A stretch of 64,000 nt of DNA, taken from positions 16,864 through 80,863 of the forward strand of contig JAILAB010000020.1 in NCBI GenBank assembly GCA_024681855.1, given 5' to 3'. How positions within the stretch are numbered: the first letter of the stretch is position 1; every line of letters begins with the position of its first letter. The position numbers and the translations under genes are program-made. Of this stretch, positions 1 through 9,058 are shown one piece after another. The stretch comes from Elusimicrobiales bacterium. GTDB taxonomy: Bacteria; Elusimicrobiota; Elusimicrobia; Elusimicrobiales; UBA9959. A model generated the notes under the pieces. The model was not told the DNA's origin. It saw nothing but the letters and a program-made list of their open reading frames with translations, and did not search any database.

Positions 1-1
1 T

Positions 2-169
2 ATATCAGATATTGAAAGTAAGATAGATGGCAGGGTTTTCATACGCTATTCAGGCACTGAGCCTCTGCTGCGCCTGCTGGTGGAAGGCGAAAATAATGAT
101 TTGGTACAGGCCGCAGGTGAAGAAATACTAAAACATTATTCCTCAAATTCAGCAGCTGTCGCTGAATAA
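2..169 (+). CDS. glmM: phosphoglucosamine mutase, C-terminal fragment (start lies upstream of the window)
   Basis: Frame 2 reads ISDIESKIDGRVFIRYSGTEPLLRLLVEGENNDLVQAAGEEILKHYSSNSAAVAE*. The RYSGTEPLxRxxVEG block is the conserved C-terminal motif of GlmM-type phosphohexomutases. Stop TAA at 167-169. Absent from the ORF track because there is no start codon in the window. Confidence 0.6.
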   Translation: MSDIESKIDGRVFIRYSGTEPLLRLLVEGENNDLVQAAGEEILKHYSSNSAAVAE

Positions 170-223
170 TAGGAAACGGAGCAATTTTAGAAAGCAATTA
201 GCTTGTTTGGAGCATTATAAATT

Positions 224-949
224 ATGAAGCCGGTAAGACTTGGAATTAATATAGATCACATCGCAACGCTTCGCGAAGCGCGTCATAGCCAGAATCCCGA
301 TACGGTAGAGGCGGCAAGAATTATACTTGCTTCTGGCGCAGATACTATAATAATGCATTATCGCGCGGACAAAAAACATATACAGTTTTCTGACTTGGAG
401 CGTGTAAGGCGGGAAGTTCCCGGCCAGCTTCATCTTGAGATTGCTCCAATTCCTGAAATGGAAAATGCTGTTCTTTCTATAATGCCTGACTCGGTATGTT
501 TTGTGCCTGAAAAAAAAGAAGAGAGATCTGCTTGCGGCGGGCTTCTGCTTTGCAAAAATAATATGGCACAGACAGAAAAAATGATAAAAATGTTCAGCGA
601 AGCCGGAATAGAGACAGGCATATATTGCGATCCGGTTCCGCAGGCTCTTAGAGATGCTCATAATCTTGGCGCAGACACAGTCAACCTTTCTGCCGTTAAT
701 TATTCATTATCAAGAGGCAAAAAAAATCAGGCCGCAGAACTTGAAAAAATACAGCTTGCGTCATATCTAGTAAAGGAGCTGAAAATGAATATAGAGGCAG
801 GCGGAGGCTTGTCTTACTATAATATTGAGCCTATTGCCGCAATACCGGACATGGCTTGCGTTAATGCCGGATTTTCCGTGATAAGCAGGGCTATATTCTC
901 TGGGCTTAAAGAGGCTGTTTCAGAGCTTAAGGCGATAATAGAGGCATAA
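224..949 (+). CDS. pdxJ: pyridoxine 5'-phosphate synthase
   Basis: 241 aa. LGINIDHIATLREAR at the N-terminus and an H-x-R-x-D-K-K-H-I block match the PdxJ TIM-barrel signature. GGAG lies about 10 nt upstream of the ATG. Confidence 0.85.
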   Translation: MKPVRLGINIDHIATLREARHSQNPDTVEAARIILASGADTIIMHYRADKKHIQFSDLERVRREVPGQLHLEIAPIPEMENAVLSIMPDSVCFVPEKKEERSACGGLLLCKNNMAQTEKMIKMFSEAGIETGIYCDPVPQALRDAHNLGADTVNLSAVNYSLSRGKKNQAAELEKIQLASYLVKELKMNIEAGGGLSYYNIEPIAAIPDMACVNAGFSVISRAIFSGLKEAVSELKAIIEA

Positions 950-966
950 AAGCCTGGGGCAGCATC

Positions 967-2847
967 ATGTGCGGAATAACAGGTTATGTGGGCAGCAGAC
1001 AGACGGACGATGTTCTCATAGAAGGACTCTGCCGGCTTGAATACAGGGGCTATGACTCCTGCGGAATTGCGCTTGCGCAGAAAAATGGGAAACTTTATCT
1101 CAACAGGGTTTCCGGCAGGGTGCAGCTTCTGAAAAACCAGGTAAATGAGCGGCCTCCGCAGCATGGCATGGCCGGGATAGGCCATACAAGATGGGCCACG
1201 CACGGCGCACCTTCAGAGGAGAATGCCCATCCGCATACGGACTGCACAGGCGAACTCGTGGTAGTACATAACGGTATAATAGAGAATTATCCTGGCCTTA
1301 AGGAAAATCTCATTGATTCAGGCCATTCCTTCAAATCCGAGACAGATACCGAGACAATAGTTCACCTGATAGAGGCGGAGCTTAAAAAGATATGCGGCGG
1401 CAGTTTCCGTAAAAAAGCTCCTGCTGAAACTCTTGAAAGAAATTTTTTTGAGGCATTCCGCAGGGCAGTTTCAAAACTTGAAGGCTCTTTCGCCGTTTCC
1501 GCTATATGGAGCCGCTGTCCGGAACTTATAATTTCTGCCAGAATGCACAGCCCCCTTGTAATCGGAAAAGGGAAAGATGGCAATTTTTCCGCATCTGACG
1601 TTTCCGCATTCCTGAAATACACAAAACAGGTTTATTTCGCCGAGGATGGGGATATAGCGGTAATAAAAAAGGATTCAATAGTATTTTATGATTTCAAAGG
1701 CAATGCGCTTGAAAGAAAACTGACGGAAATTGAATGGGATGCCGCAATGGCCGAAAAAGGCGGCTATGAGCATTTCATGCTTAAGGAAATACATGAGCAG
1801 CCGGCTGCAGTGGAAAACACTCTCCGGGGCAGGACGATGCCTATGGACGGTGATTTTGTAATACGGGAGCTGGGAATACCGTCGTATTTCATAAAAGGCA
1901 TGGAGCAGATACAGTTCGTGGCCTGCGGCACGGCAAATCATGCCGCGCTGGTGGGCTGCCGCATATTCGGCAGCTTCGGTATTCCATGCTTTGCGGAATT
2001 CGCATCGGAATTTTCGGACAGGGCAAAAATGCTGAACGGCAAAACGCTCGTTATAGCAATATCCCAGTCCGGCGAGACTCTTGATACGATAATTGCCGTA
2101 AGGGAAGCCAGGGCCGCCGGTGCTAAAATACTTGCGATAACGAATACTGTAGGCTCAACCCTCACGAGGGAATCCGATTACACATTGTATACACGCTGCG
2201 GCCCGGAGATAGGCGTGGCCAGCACAAAGGCATTCCTGGGACAGCTTGCATCATTGTACATTCTTGCCGGACATTTCGCCGTAATCAGGGGAACGATGGA
2301 CGATTCCAAGGCAGAAGAGTATGCGGCGGAGCTTGTCAAGCTGCCAAGGCACATAGAGAAAATTCTTGCCGACGAGAAAAATATAAGGAAAACCGCCGAG
2401 ACTTTCGCAAAGAGCGAGCATTTTCTGTTTATTTCCCGCCGCTTCAATTACCCGATAGCTCTTGAAGGAGCATTGAAAATAAAGGAAATTTCTTATGTTC
2501 ACGCTGAGGGATATGCCGCCGGGGAAATGAAGCATGGCCCTATTGCCATAATTTATCCGGGTATGCCGGTAATAGCTATTGCAGTGTCATCTGAAAACCT
2601 GGAACTCGTCAATGGCAACATGGCTGAATCAAAGGCCAGGGGAGCTGATGTGCTTGCCATTGTGGACGAAAAATCCGCAGCCATAGCGAAAGCCGCGCAT
2701 TACATAAAAATCCCATTCGTGCCGGAAATTTTCAGTCCGATGCTTACCGTCATACCCTTGCAGATGTTCGCATATTATATTGCTTTATCTAAGGGCTGCG
2801 ACATAGACAAGCCGCGCAATCTTGCCAAGAGCGTAACGGTAAGATAG
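967..2847 (+). CDS. glmS: glutamine--fructose-6-phosphate aminotransferase (isomerising)
   Basis: 626 aa. MCGI(T/V)GY N-terminal nucleophile Cys2, two SIS domains (AISQSGETLDT), C-terminal DKPRNLAKSVTV. Confidence 0.97.
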   Translation: MCGITGYVGSRQTDDVLIEGLCRLEYRGYDSCGIALAQKNGKLYLNRVSGRVQLLKNQVNERPPQHGMAGIGHTRWATHGAPSEENAHPHTDCTGELVVVHNGIIENYPGLKENLIDSGHSFKSETDTETIVHLIEAELKKICGGSFRKKAPAETLERNFFEAFRRAVSKLEGSFAVSAIWSRCPELIISARMHSPLVIGKGKDGNFSASDVSAFLKYTKQVYFAEDGDIAVIKKDSIVFYDFKGNALERKLTEIEWDAAMAEKGGYEHFMLKEIHEQPAAVENTLRGRTMPMDGDFVIRELGIPSYFIKGMEQIQFVACGTANHAALVGCRIFGSFGIPCFAEFASEFSDRAKMLNGKTLVIAISQSGETLDTIIAVREARAAGAKILAITNTVGSTLTRESDYTLYTRCGPEIGVASTKAFLGQLASLYILAGHFAVIRGTMDDSKAEEYAAELVKLPRHIEKILADEKNIRKTAETFAKSEHFLFISRRFNYPIALEGALKIKEISYVHAEGYAAGEMKHGPIAIIYPGMPVIAIAVSSENLELVNGNMAESKARGADVLAIVDEKSAAIAKAAHYIKIPFVPEIFSPMLTVIPLQMFAYYIALSKGCDIDKPRNLAKSVTVR

Positions 2848-2898
2848 CTTTAGCGCAAATTTTCGGGCTTTATTTGCTTGTTATCTCTTTATAATATG

Positions 2899-2932
2899 AA
2901 AAATCCCCGTGCTTTCAGGCATGGGGATTTTT
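2899..2932. terminator. bidirectional rho-independent terminator between glmS (+) and tRNA-Gln (-)
   Basis: Hairpin aaaaatccccgtgc/tttcag/gcatggggattttt, flanked by an A-run on the left and a T-run on the right. Confidence 0.65.
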
Positions 2933-2941
2933 ATTGTTATG

Positions 2942-3013
2942 CTCCCGGGCATGGATTCGAACCATGACTAGGCGAGTCAAAGTCGCCTGTGCTAACCGTT
3001 ACACAACCCGGGA
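2942..3013 (-). tRNA. tRNA-Gln (anticodon UUG)
   Basis: Reverse complement folds as a cloverleaf: acceptor TCCCGGG/CCCGGGA (U1-A72, typical of bacterial tRNA-Gln), D arm GTGT..GCAC, anticodon stem GGCGA/TCGCC with loop CTTTGAC, T arm CATGG-TTCGAAT-CCATG. No encoded CCA. Confidence 0.9.
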
Positions 3014-3025
3014 ATCATACTACAA

Positions 3026-3916
3026 TTATATTTTAGCAAATCCGGCAACAAAAATGCGGCACTCGTCATTAAGCTCTAAGCGGGAGGCTATCATTTCAGC
3101 TTTCTTTTGCGATGATGCGAGGCCGAAACAAGATGCGCCGGAACCAGACATGAGTGCGGCTTCGCTGCCGGCGGCGAGCAGCATTTCTTTTATTTCGGCA
3201 ATGTCAGGCCTGCCAGGCAGCACGGGCTCTTCCAGCCTGTTGAACAAATTAGCCTTAGATGGCTGGAAATTTCCTTTTTTTAAAGAATCGGCTATCAATG
3301 ACATCTGCTTTATATTTGCCGATATTTCTTTTTCTGTGCCGAGCTTTAATTTGCCATAAGCTTCTTTAGTGAATACTGGCTTAGGAGGATATACGAGAAT
3401 AACATAAGGAAGCCGGCCATTCATTTCTATTGTCTCAAGAATTTCGCCTCTTCCGCGGCCTATAGCAGCCGGGCCTTTTACCAAAAAGAAAGGCACGTCC
3501 GAGCCGAGTTCTGCGGCTATTTTTCGCAGCCTTGTTATATATGTGTTTGAATCTATGTCATGTAGTTTGCAAAGCCCCAGCAGGCATGCGGCAGCATCCG
3601 ATGAGCCTCCGCCTAATCCTGCGCCTACAGGTATGTTTTTGTTTAATACGATGTCAGCCGCCGGTTTAACATTCGGAAAAGCCTCATAAAATTTCATTGC
3701 GGCTTTATATACTATATTGTCTTTAATCAGGCCGCTGCCAGGTATGTCCCCATTTACTTTCATGGAAAAACCGCCGTATTCTTTTTTGTTGAAACAGAGC
3801 TCGTCATAAATTTCAATTTTGGCAAATATTGTTTCAAGGTCATGGAAACCGTCTGGACGTTTTCCTGTAATTTCCAAAAAAAGATTAATCTTTGCAGGCG
3901 CTTTTATCTTTATCAT
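3026..3916 (-). CDS. ispE: 4-diphosphocytidyl-2-C-methyl-D-erythritol kinase
   Basis: 296 aa. N-terminal APAKINLFLEITGKRPDGFHDLETIF and GHMP-kinase loop PVGAGLGGGSSDAAA. Confidence 0.9.
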   Translation of the reverse strand: MIKIKAPAKINLFLEITGKRPDGFHDLETIFAKIEIYDELCFNKKEYGGFSMKVNGDIPGSGLIKDNIVYKAAMKFYEAFPNVKPAADIVLNKNIPVGAGLGGGSSDAAACLLGLCKLHDIDSNTYITRLRKIAAELGSDVPFFLVKGPAAIGRGRGEILETIEMNGRLPYVILVYPPKPVFTKEAYGKLKLGTEKEISANIKQMSLIADSLKKGNFQPSKANLFNRLEEPVLPGRPDIAEIKEMLLAAGSEAALMSGSGASCFGLASSQKKAEMIASRLELNDECRIFVAGFAKI

Positions 3917-3962
3917 CTGTTATTCTTCCTTTGTCATAAATATATATTGGATATGCAGCCGG

Positions 3963-6272
3963 TTATAGCTGATTGCTGCCGTTAAAGCCATTAAAGCTCT
4001 TCAGCTTTAATTTCTCCGGGGTTATTTTAAGTTTCAATTTGAAGAACGGTATTTTTATCTTAACCGTGCCAGGGAAAAAATACATGTTATTTAGGAAATA
4101 GTCATCAAATTCAAGCTTCATTTTTTTATTTCTTGAGCTTTTTGCCTGTTTCGGAAAACCGTCATCGTCAATTTTTACTTTAATTCCGTTTGAAGATGTA
4201 TATTTTTTCCCTTTCCAGCTTTTCTTTATTGCCTGCTGGTATTTTCCGGCATGCCAGTCGCGCAGCTCATGCAGCATGAGCGCAGCCCATGAACGGAAAG
4301 CCTCTTTGTCAATGCCTTCAATTTCCGGCAAGTCCATAATGGCAGAATTGCCATCAGACTGGCCTGACCATATAGGTGAGTAAAGAGGGCTTAATGCCGT
4401 TAGCTTTAATGAGCCGGAAGACTCATCATATCTTACGATGATATCTGCCTTTATTTTCTTTCCTTTTACTTGAGTTTCAATGCTGCCGAATGCTGAAAAA
4501 TCCTTTCCTAAAGGCAGAAAAGCCTGATAGTACCAGGAATGCAGCTCTGGTGCTTTTTTTGCAGGCAGTTTTTTTTCAATTTCTTTTATTTTTTTGCTGT
4601 TTTCTTCTTTATTATTTGTGTCTAAAATATAAGCGCTTTTCCAGCCTTTCCAAGCTTCCTCAAGTTTTCCGGCAGCTTGGTTTATTTCGCCATAATGTGC
4701 CCAAATTACAGGGTCTTGCGGCAAGGCATTTTTGGCTTTTATTATCATTTCCATGGCTTGTTCCATATTGCCAAGCTTATATTCTGCCCAAGCCATGGAA
4801 TCTATGTAGGCTCCATCGTCTGGCACGAGCTCAAGCGCCCTGCTTATGTATTTTTTTGCTTCTTCCAGTTTAATGCCTCGCTCGGCTAAAGAATATCCCA
4901 AATGATTTAATGCCGAAGGATCGTCAGGAGACATTTTTAAAAATTCCTTGAAATGCTGTTCCATTTCATCGGTTTTGTTAAGCTTATCGCATATTTGGGC
5001 TAACAGATATCTGTATTCCTTGTTGTCTGGTTTTTTTCGCGCAAGCAGATCCAAAATCTCATAGGCTTTTTCTGTCCGGCCAAGGTCATCAAGGCCTAAT
5101 GCCAGATAATATGCTATGTTCTCATTCTCAGGAAATTTTTCATAAGCTTTTTCCAGCAATTCCACGCCTTCCTTGTATCTGTTAGTTTGGGTATAATAAA
5201 ACCCCAGTCTCATTAGCAGATCTGGCTGTTTCCATAGGGAACGGGAATCTTCAAGCTGCTTTGCGGCTTCAGCATAATCTTTATTGTCTTCTGCGGTTGC
5301 CGCAAGCCAGAAACAGGCATCAGGGTCGGTCTTGTCTGTCTTCTTAATCATTCTGAAATAGCGTTCTGCTTTTTCCATGTCTGTTTCCATGGATATTTCC
5401 GCTATCTGTTTTAGCAGCTTTATATTGCCTGGCTCTGTCTCTGCAAGCCTTTCCATCATTTGAACAGCTGAAGCAGTGTCTTTCTTTATTTCATAAAGCT
5501 CAATAAGAGAGTACAGTGAGGGCACATGATATGGATTTTCTTTTATTGATTTCAGCAGGTATTCCTCTGTTTTAGGCATGTTCCCTTTAATATTGTAGAC
5601 TACGGCAATGCGATAATCAATTTCAGCAGAATCTTCCGGCCTTATTTTCTTATATTTTTCCAGGCAGCTTAGGGCTTGGTTTGGATTTTGTTCGCTTATT
5701 AGAATCGCATACTGATAAAGGGCCTCATAATTATTGGGGTCAAGTTTTTGAGCTTTTAGGTATGCTTCTCTGGCTTCAGCAGGTTTTTCCTTTGCCCATT
5801 TGGAATTTCCAAACAGAACCCAGTTTTGCGCAGAAGAAGAATCTTTCATTATAAGATAATCAGCCCATTTTTCAGCGTCATCATAAAGGCCTGTGTCAAG
5901 CGCCAGTTCGGCGGCATGCTGATAAATATACAAGCTGTCGGGGGGAGCAGCTTCAATGGCCTTTTTTAGGCTTGCCATGGCGGCAGGTATATTTCGTTTC
6001 TGTTCTTCAATAAGTGCCTCCGCAAAAAACTTTGATGCTTCCGATACGGAGTCTGTTGTAAGTTTTATTCCTGAATTTGGAAGATCTGCAGGCAGAGACA
6101 TTATTTCCTCTTCTGCTTTGCGAATGGCTTCTTTTTCGCTATATTCCGTGTCGTAAAAAGTATCGTCTTCATAATAAGTCTGGGCATAGGCTTTTTCCGC
6201 AAAAGATGAAAGAACTAATGCGGCTGCCATTGCGGCTAGGCTTAATGGAAAAAATATCCTTTTATTTTTCAC
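3963..6272 (-). CDS. secreted TPR-repeat protein with a non-TPR C-terminal domain of about 200 aa (possibly LolB/LolA-like)
   Basis: 769 aa. Signal peptide MKNKRIFFPLSLAAMAAALVLSSFAEKAYA. More than 10 TPR-like repeats (recurrent A..Y.kAl.ldP.n patterns). The C-terminal region FSAFGSIETQVKGKKIKADIIVRYDESSGSLKLTALSPL... is not TPR. Overlaps the rimI stop by 11 nt and lies directly upstream of ispE. Confidence 0.7.
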   Translation of the reverse strand: MKNKRIFFPLSLAAMAAALVLSSFAEKAYAQTYYEDDTFYDTEYSEKEAIRKAEEEIMSLPADLPNSGIKLTTDSVSEASKFFAEALIEEQKRNIPAAMASLKKAIEAAPPDSLYIYQHAAELALDTGLYDDAEKWADYLIMKDSSSAQNWVLFGNSKWAKEKPAEAREAYLKAQKLDPNNYEALYQYAILISEQNPNQALSCLEKYKKIRPEDSAEIDYRIAVVYNIKGNMPKTEEYLLKSIKENPYHVPSLYSLIELYEIKKDTASAVQMMERLAETEPGNIKLLKQIAEISMETDMEKAERYFRMIKKTDKTDPDACFWLAATAEDNKDYAEAAKQLEDSRSLWKQPDLLMRLGFYYTQTNRYKEGVELLEKAYEKFPENENIAYYLALGLDDLGRTEKAYEILDLLARKKPDNKEYRYLLAQICDKLNKTDEMEQHFKEFLKMSPDDPSALNHLGYSLAERGIKLEEAKKYISRALELVPDDGAYIDSMAWAEYKLGNMEQAMEMIIKAKNALPQDPVIWAHYGEINQAAGKLEEAWKGWKSAYILDTNNKEENSKKIKEIEKKLPAKKAPELHSWYYQAFLPLGKDFSAFGSIETQVKGKKIKADIIVRYDESSGSLKLTALSPLYSPIWSGQSDGNSAIMDLPEIEGIDKEAFRSWAALMLHELRDWHAGKYQQAIKKSWKGKKYTSSNGIKVKIDDDGFPKQAKSSRNKKMKLEFDDYFLNNMYFFPGTVKIKIPFFKLKLKITPEKLKLKSFNGFNGSNQL

Positions 6273-6720
6273 TTTGAATCTCCTTATTTGCGGCGGCGCG
6301 CATCAGAAGCGCATCTCCGTTATCATTATAGAATTTAGGCCGGCTTCCCTCAATATGAAAGCCTTCTTTTTTGTAAAAAGAGATGGCTGGGGCATTGTCT
6401 GCCCGTACTTCAAGAATTATTGATGAGCACAGGTTTTTTTTCGCATATTCGCGCAGCTTAGCCAAAAGCTTTGTGGCTATCTTCTGCCGGAGAAAGGCCT
6501 TATCAACCGCTATAAGATTTATCTCTGCTTCTGGCCTTAGAATTATGAAATTCAGAAATGCTACCGGCTTTCCGTTTTCTTCTGCGGAAAGCGTTACGGA
6601 ATGCGGGTTGTCATTTTCTTTTATGAAAATATTTTCGCTCCATTGCGGTAATAGCGGATGCTGTTTTTCAATAAGAACGAAATACGGATAGTCTTCTTTT
6701 CTGGCTCTTCTTATTATCAT
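6262..6720 (-). CDS. rimI: ribosomal-protein-alanine N-acetyltransferase (GNAT)
   Basis: 152 aa GNAT fold (acetyl-CoA motif around RQKIATKLLAKL). Sits downstream of tsaE-tsaB, the usual context. Confidence 0.75.
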   Translation of the reverse strand: MIIRRARKEDYPYFVLIEKQHPLLPQWSENIFIKENDNPHSVTLSAEENGKPVAFLNFIILRPEAEINLIAVDKAFLRQKIATKLLAKLREYAKKNLCSSIILEVRADNAPAISFYKKEGFHIEGSRPKFYNDNGDALLMRAAANKEIQSEK

Positions 6721-6819
6721 TTGTGCTGGTTCTTTTTTTGTTCTTTGAGCAGCTTATGTTTTCCTTTAAAGCTCTGCCATAATCATGCGGATTTATTTTT
6801 ATCTTTTTATGCTCTATGC

Positions 6820-7548
6820 TCATTTGAGAGAGACTTTTTCCCTCGCGGCCTTTTCCATTGCGTCCAGTTCAAATTTTGCCGGTTTCAGATACAGGGGTTT
6901 TAAATCTGCTCCGCCGTAAAGCCTTGGAGCTTTGATAAGATATTCAGGAAGTATCTTTGAAATATTTTTTGCAGCCCTGATTGCATTCGCAGGGATAAGA
7001 TCATATATTCCTGGCTTTTCTTCTTCATCCGCAATGCAAAAGAAAGGTTCTTTTATTCCTCTTAGCAGTTTTTCCATTTCTGGCCTTTGAAGCCATACGG
7101 GCTCCATGTTTTTTTCTGGCAGGCTGCCTGGCACGGCGGCATAATAAATTGCGCAGAAATATTCTTCCCTGAAAGCCTGCATCAGAACGGCTATTTTCCC
7201 TCCGGAAGGAAAATGCTTATGAAAAGCTTTGCTTTCGGAAGCCTGGCATGCCAAAGTTTCAAAAACGGTTGCGGAATGAGCTTCTGCGCCTGAAAGGGCA
7301 TTCATTATTCCTGCCACGGTAAGGGCTATCCTTATTCCAGTGAAGCGGCCTGGCCCTTTTAATGCGCATACTTCTTTTATGGAACTTAAATCTTTTCCGG
7401 GAGGGAGCAGTTTTTCTACTGTTGGGAAAAGGGCGGTTTCCTGGCTGAACAGCTTGCGCCTCATGGATTTAATCTGCCCGTCATGCTCAATTGCCACAAT
7501 AAGCCTTGAACCAGAAGAGCATAATCCTATGCTGATATCTTTTTCCAT
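6820..7548 (-). CDS. tsaB: tRNA t6A37 threonylcarbamoyl-transfer protein TsaB (YeaZ)
   Basis: 242 aa with GPGRFTGIRIALTVA (the GPGSFTGLRIG motif of YeaZ/TsaB). Overlaps the tsaE stop. Confidence 0.8.
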   Translation of the reverse strand: MEKDISIGLCSSGSRLIVAIEHDGQIKSMRRKLFSQETALFPTVEKLLPPGKDLSSIKEVCALKGPGRFTGIRIALTVAGIMNALSGAEAHSATVFETLACQASESKAFHKHFPSGGKIAVLMQAFREEYFCAIYYAAVPGSLPEKNMEPVWLQRPEMEKLLRGIKEPFFCIADEEEKPGIYDLIPANAIRAAKNISKILPEYLIKAPRLYGGADLKPLYLKPAKFELDAMEKAAREKVSLK

Positions 7549-8030
7549 TTTTCCTCCGTCTTTTTTAAGAAACTTTTTGCCTGCCTGCCTATGGCATAGG
7601 TTTTTATTATGCGGCTGTTGCCGCCAGCCAGCTCAAATATCATTTTTACATATCCGGCTTTTTCTGCCAGGCTGCTGGCTGCTTCGGACCACTCCATTAT
7701 TGATATTCCGTCTTCCATGCCAAAAAATTCTTCCACGCCCAGGTTTTCCATGTCTTCTTCCCCAGCGCGGAAAAGGTCAAAATGATATAGCTTTAGCTTT
7801 TTGCCTTTATAAGAGCGCATCATTCCGAAGCTTGCGCTTGCAGGCAGCTTTTTTACGCCGATTGCTCTAGCCAGTTCTCTTGTGAACCAGGTTTTGCCTG
7901 CTCCTATCGGGCCTTCCAGCAGAATTATTTCTCCGCCTTTGGCTGAGGCTGCGAATGCTGCCGCTATGCATGCTGTATCTTCTGGCGAACTGCTTTTAAA
8001 AATGCTCAAATCCTTCAATTTTTCCATCAA
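7527..8030 (-). CDS. tsaE: tRNA t6A37 threonylcarbamoyl-adenosine biosynthesis ATPase TsaE
   Basis: 167 aa. LLEGPIGAGKTWFTRELARAIG Walker A in the TsaE/YjeE arrangement, and the HFDLFR motif. Confidence 0.85.
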   Translation of the reverse strand: MMEKLKDLSIFKSSSPEDTACIAAAFAASAKGGEIILLEGPIGAGKTWFTRELARAIGVKKLPASASFGMMRSYKGKKLKLYHFDLFRAGEEDMENLGVEEFFGMEDGISIMEWSEAASSLAEKAGYVKMIFELAGGNSRIIKTYAIGRQAKSFLKKTEEKWKKISA

Positions 8031-9042
8031 AATTCTCTATGTCCGCTCCGCTGCCTTTTTCAAAATGTCCTATCTGATAAGCTCCTGGCAGTTTTTGTTT
8101 CAGAATTGGAAGCTTTTCTTTCCTCATGCTGAATATGAGCCCATAGTCTTCTCCTCCGGCTATGGCATAGGCTTTGGCATTCTTGCCATGTGCCATGCAC
8201 CACTTTCCTAAACAGTCTGAAATTTTGATTTGTGAGGCATCTATCACAGCTTTCAGTCCGGACCTTTCGGCTAAAATTTTTGAGCTTTTCAACAGCCCGT
8301 CCGAATTGTCTAGCATTGCTGCGGCTAGGCATTCCTCTGCAATTATGCGGCCTGCCTTAAGCTGCGGCTCTGGCCTCCAAAATGATTCCAAAAGCTGTAA
8401 ATATACGGTTTGTTCAATATCTTTTTTTGCTGCGGAGCTGTCAATGCCGGAATATTTGTTTTGAAATTTATCTGGAAGATTCCTCAGGTTTATAGGATTT
8501 AAACCTGAATTTTTCATTTCCTGCATTGCTTCCAGCGCAGCTTTTGCTTCTCCCAGAGGCCCGATGTTTACAAGAATGTCTCCTTCTCTTGTCCCGTCCC
8601 TTAGTATGGGGGCGGACTGAGCTTCGCCCCATACAGTCATATAAAAATGATTTTCCCTTGCGGCTGCCAGATTGCCTCCTGCAATGGTTATGCCGAAATG
8701 CCGGGCTTCTTTTTTCAGCTGCTGTATGAATCTGTCAATAAAATCCGGCTGCGTTTCCGGGGCAAGAGCGGCTCCGGCTAAGCATGATATTGGGCGCACA
8801 TTGCCCATGCTTGCTAAATCGCTGATATTTGACCGCATCAGTTTGCATGCTATGTCTTCTGGCTCTGAGCCATGGAAAAAATGGGTGCCCTCAACCTGCT
8901 CATCGGTTGTTATCACGAGCTGGCCTTTTATTGGCTTAAGCACAGCGCAATCATCGCCGGGGCCTAGTATCAGATCATCATTGCCTGGAAATGAAAACTC
9001 TTCCTCTATTTTTTTTAGAATGTCATTTTCGCTTGCTTTCAT
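7996..9042 (-). CDS. thiL: thiamine-monophosphate kinase
   Basis: AIR-synthase-like fold with GPGDDCAVL, TTDEQVEGTHF and AIAGGEDYGLIF. The ORF track starts at 9132. I prefer the ATG at 9042 (MKASEND...) because AAGGAG lies 11 nt upstream and it removes the 74-nt overlap with nnrD. Confidence 0.85.
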   Translation of the reverse strand: MKASENDILKKIEEEFSFPGNDDLILGPGDDCAVLKPIKGQLVITTDEQVEGTHFFHGSEPEDIACKLMRSNISDLASMGNVRPISCLAGAALAPETQPDFIDRFIQQLKKEARHFGITIAGGNLAAARENHFYMTVWGEAQSAPILRDGTREGDILVNIGPLGEAKAALEAMQEMKNSGLNPINLRNLPDKFQNKYSGIDSSAAKKDIEQTVYLQLLESFWRPEPQLKAGRIIAEECLAAAMLDNSDGLLKSSKILAERSGLKAVIDASQIKISDCLGKWCMAHGKNAKAYAIAGGEDYGLIFSMRKEKLPILKQKLPGAYQIGHFEKGSGADIENFDGKIEGFEHF

Positions 9043-9058
9043 GCTATTGTGATGCTCC

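Noticed and set aside
950-966. Looked for a glmS ribozyme upstream of glmS
   Set aside because: Only 17 nt separate pdxJ from glmS, which leaves no room for the ~170-nt ribozyme. The pdxJ upstream region (170-223) is also too short.
2934-3359. 141-aa plus-strand ORF
   Set aside because: Its 5' part is the reverse complement of tRNA-Gln and the rest is antisense to ispE, so it is not coding.
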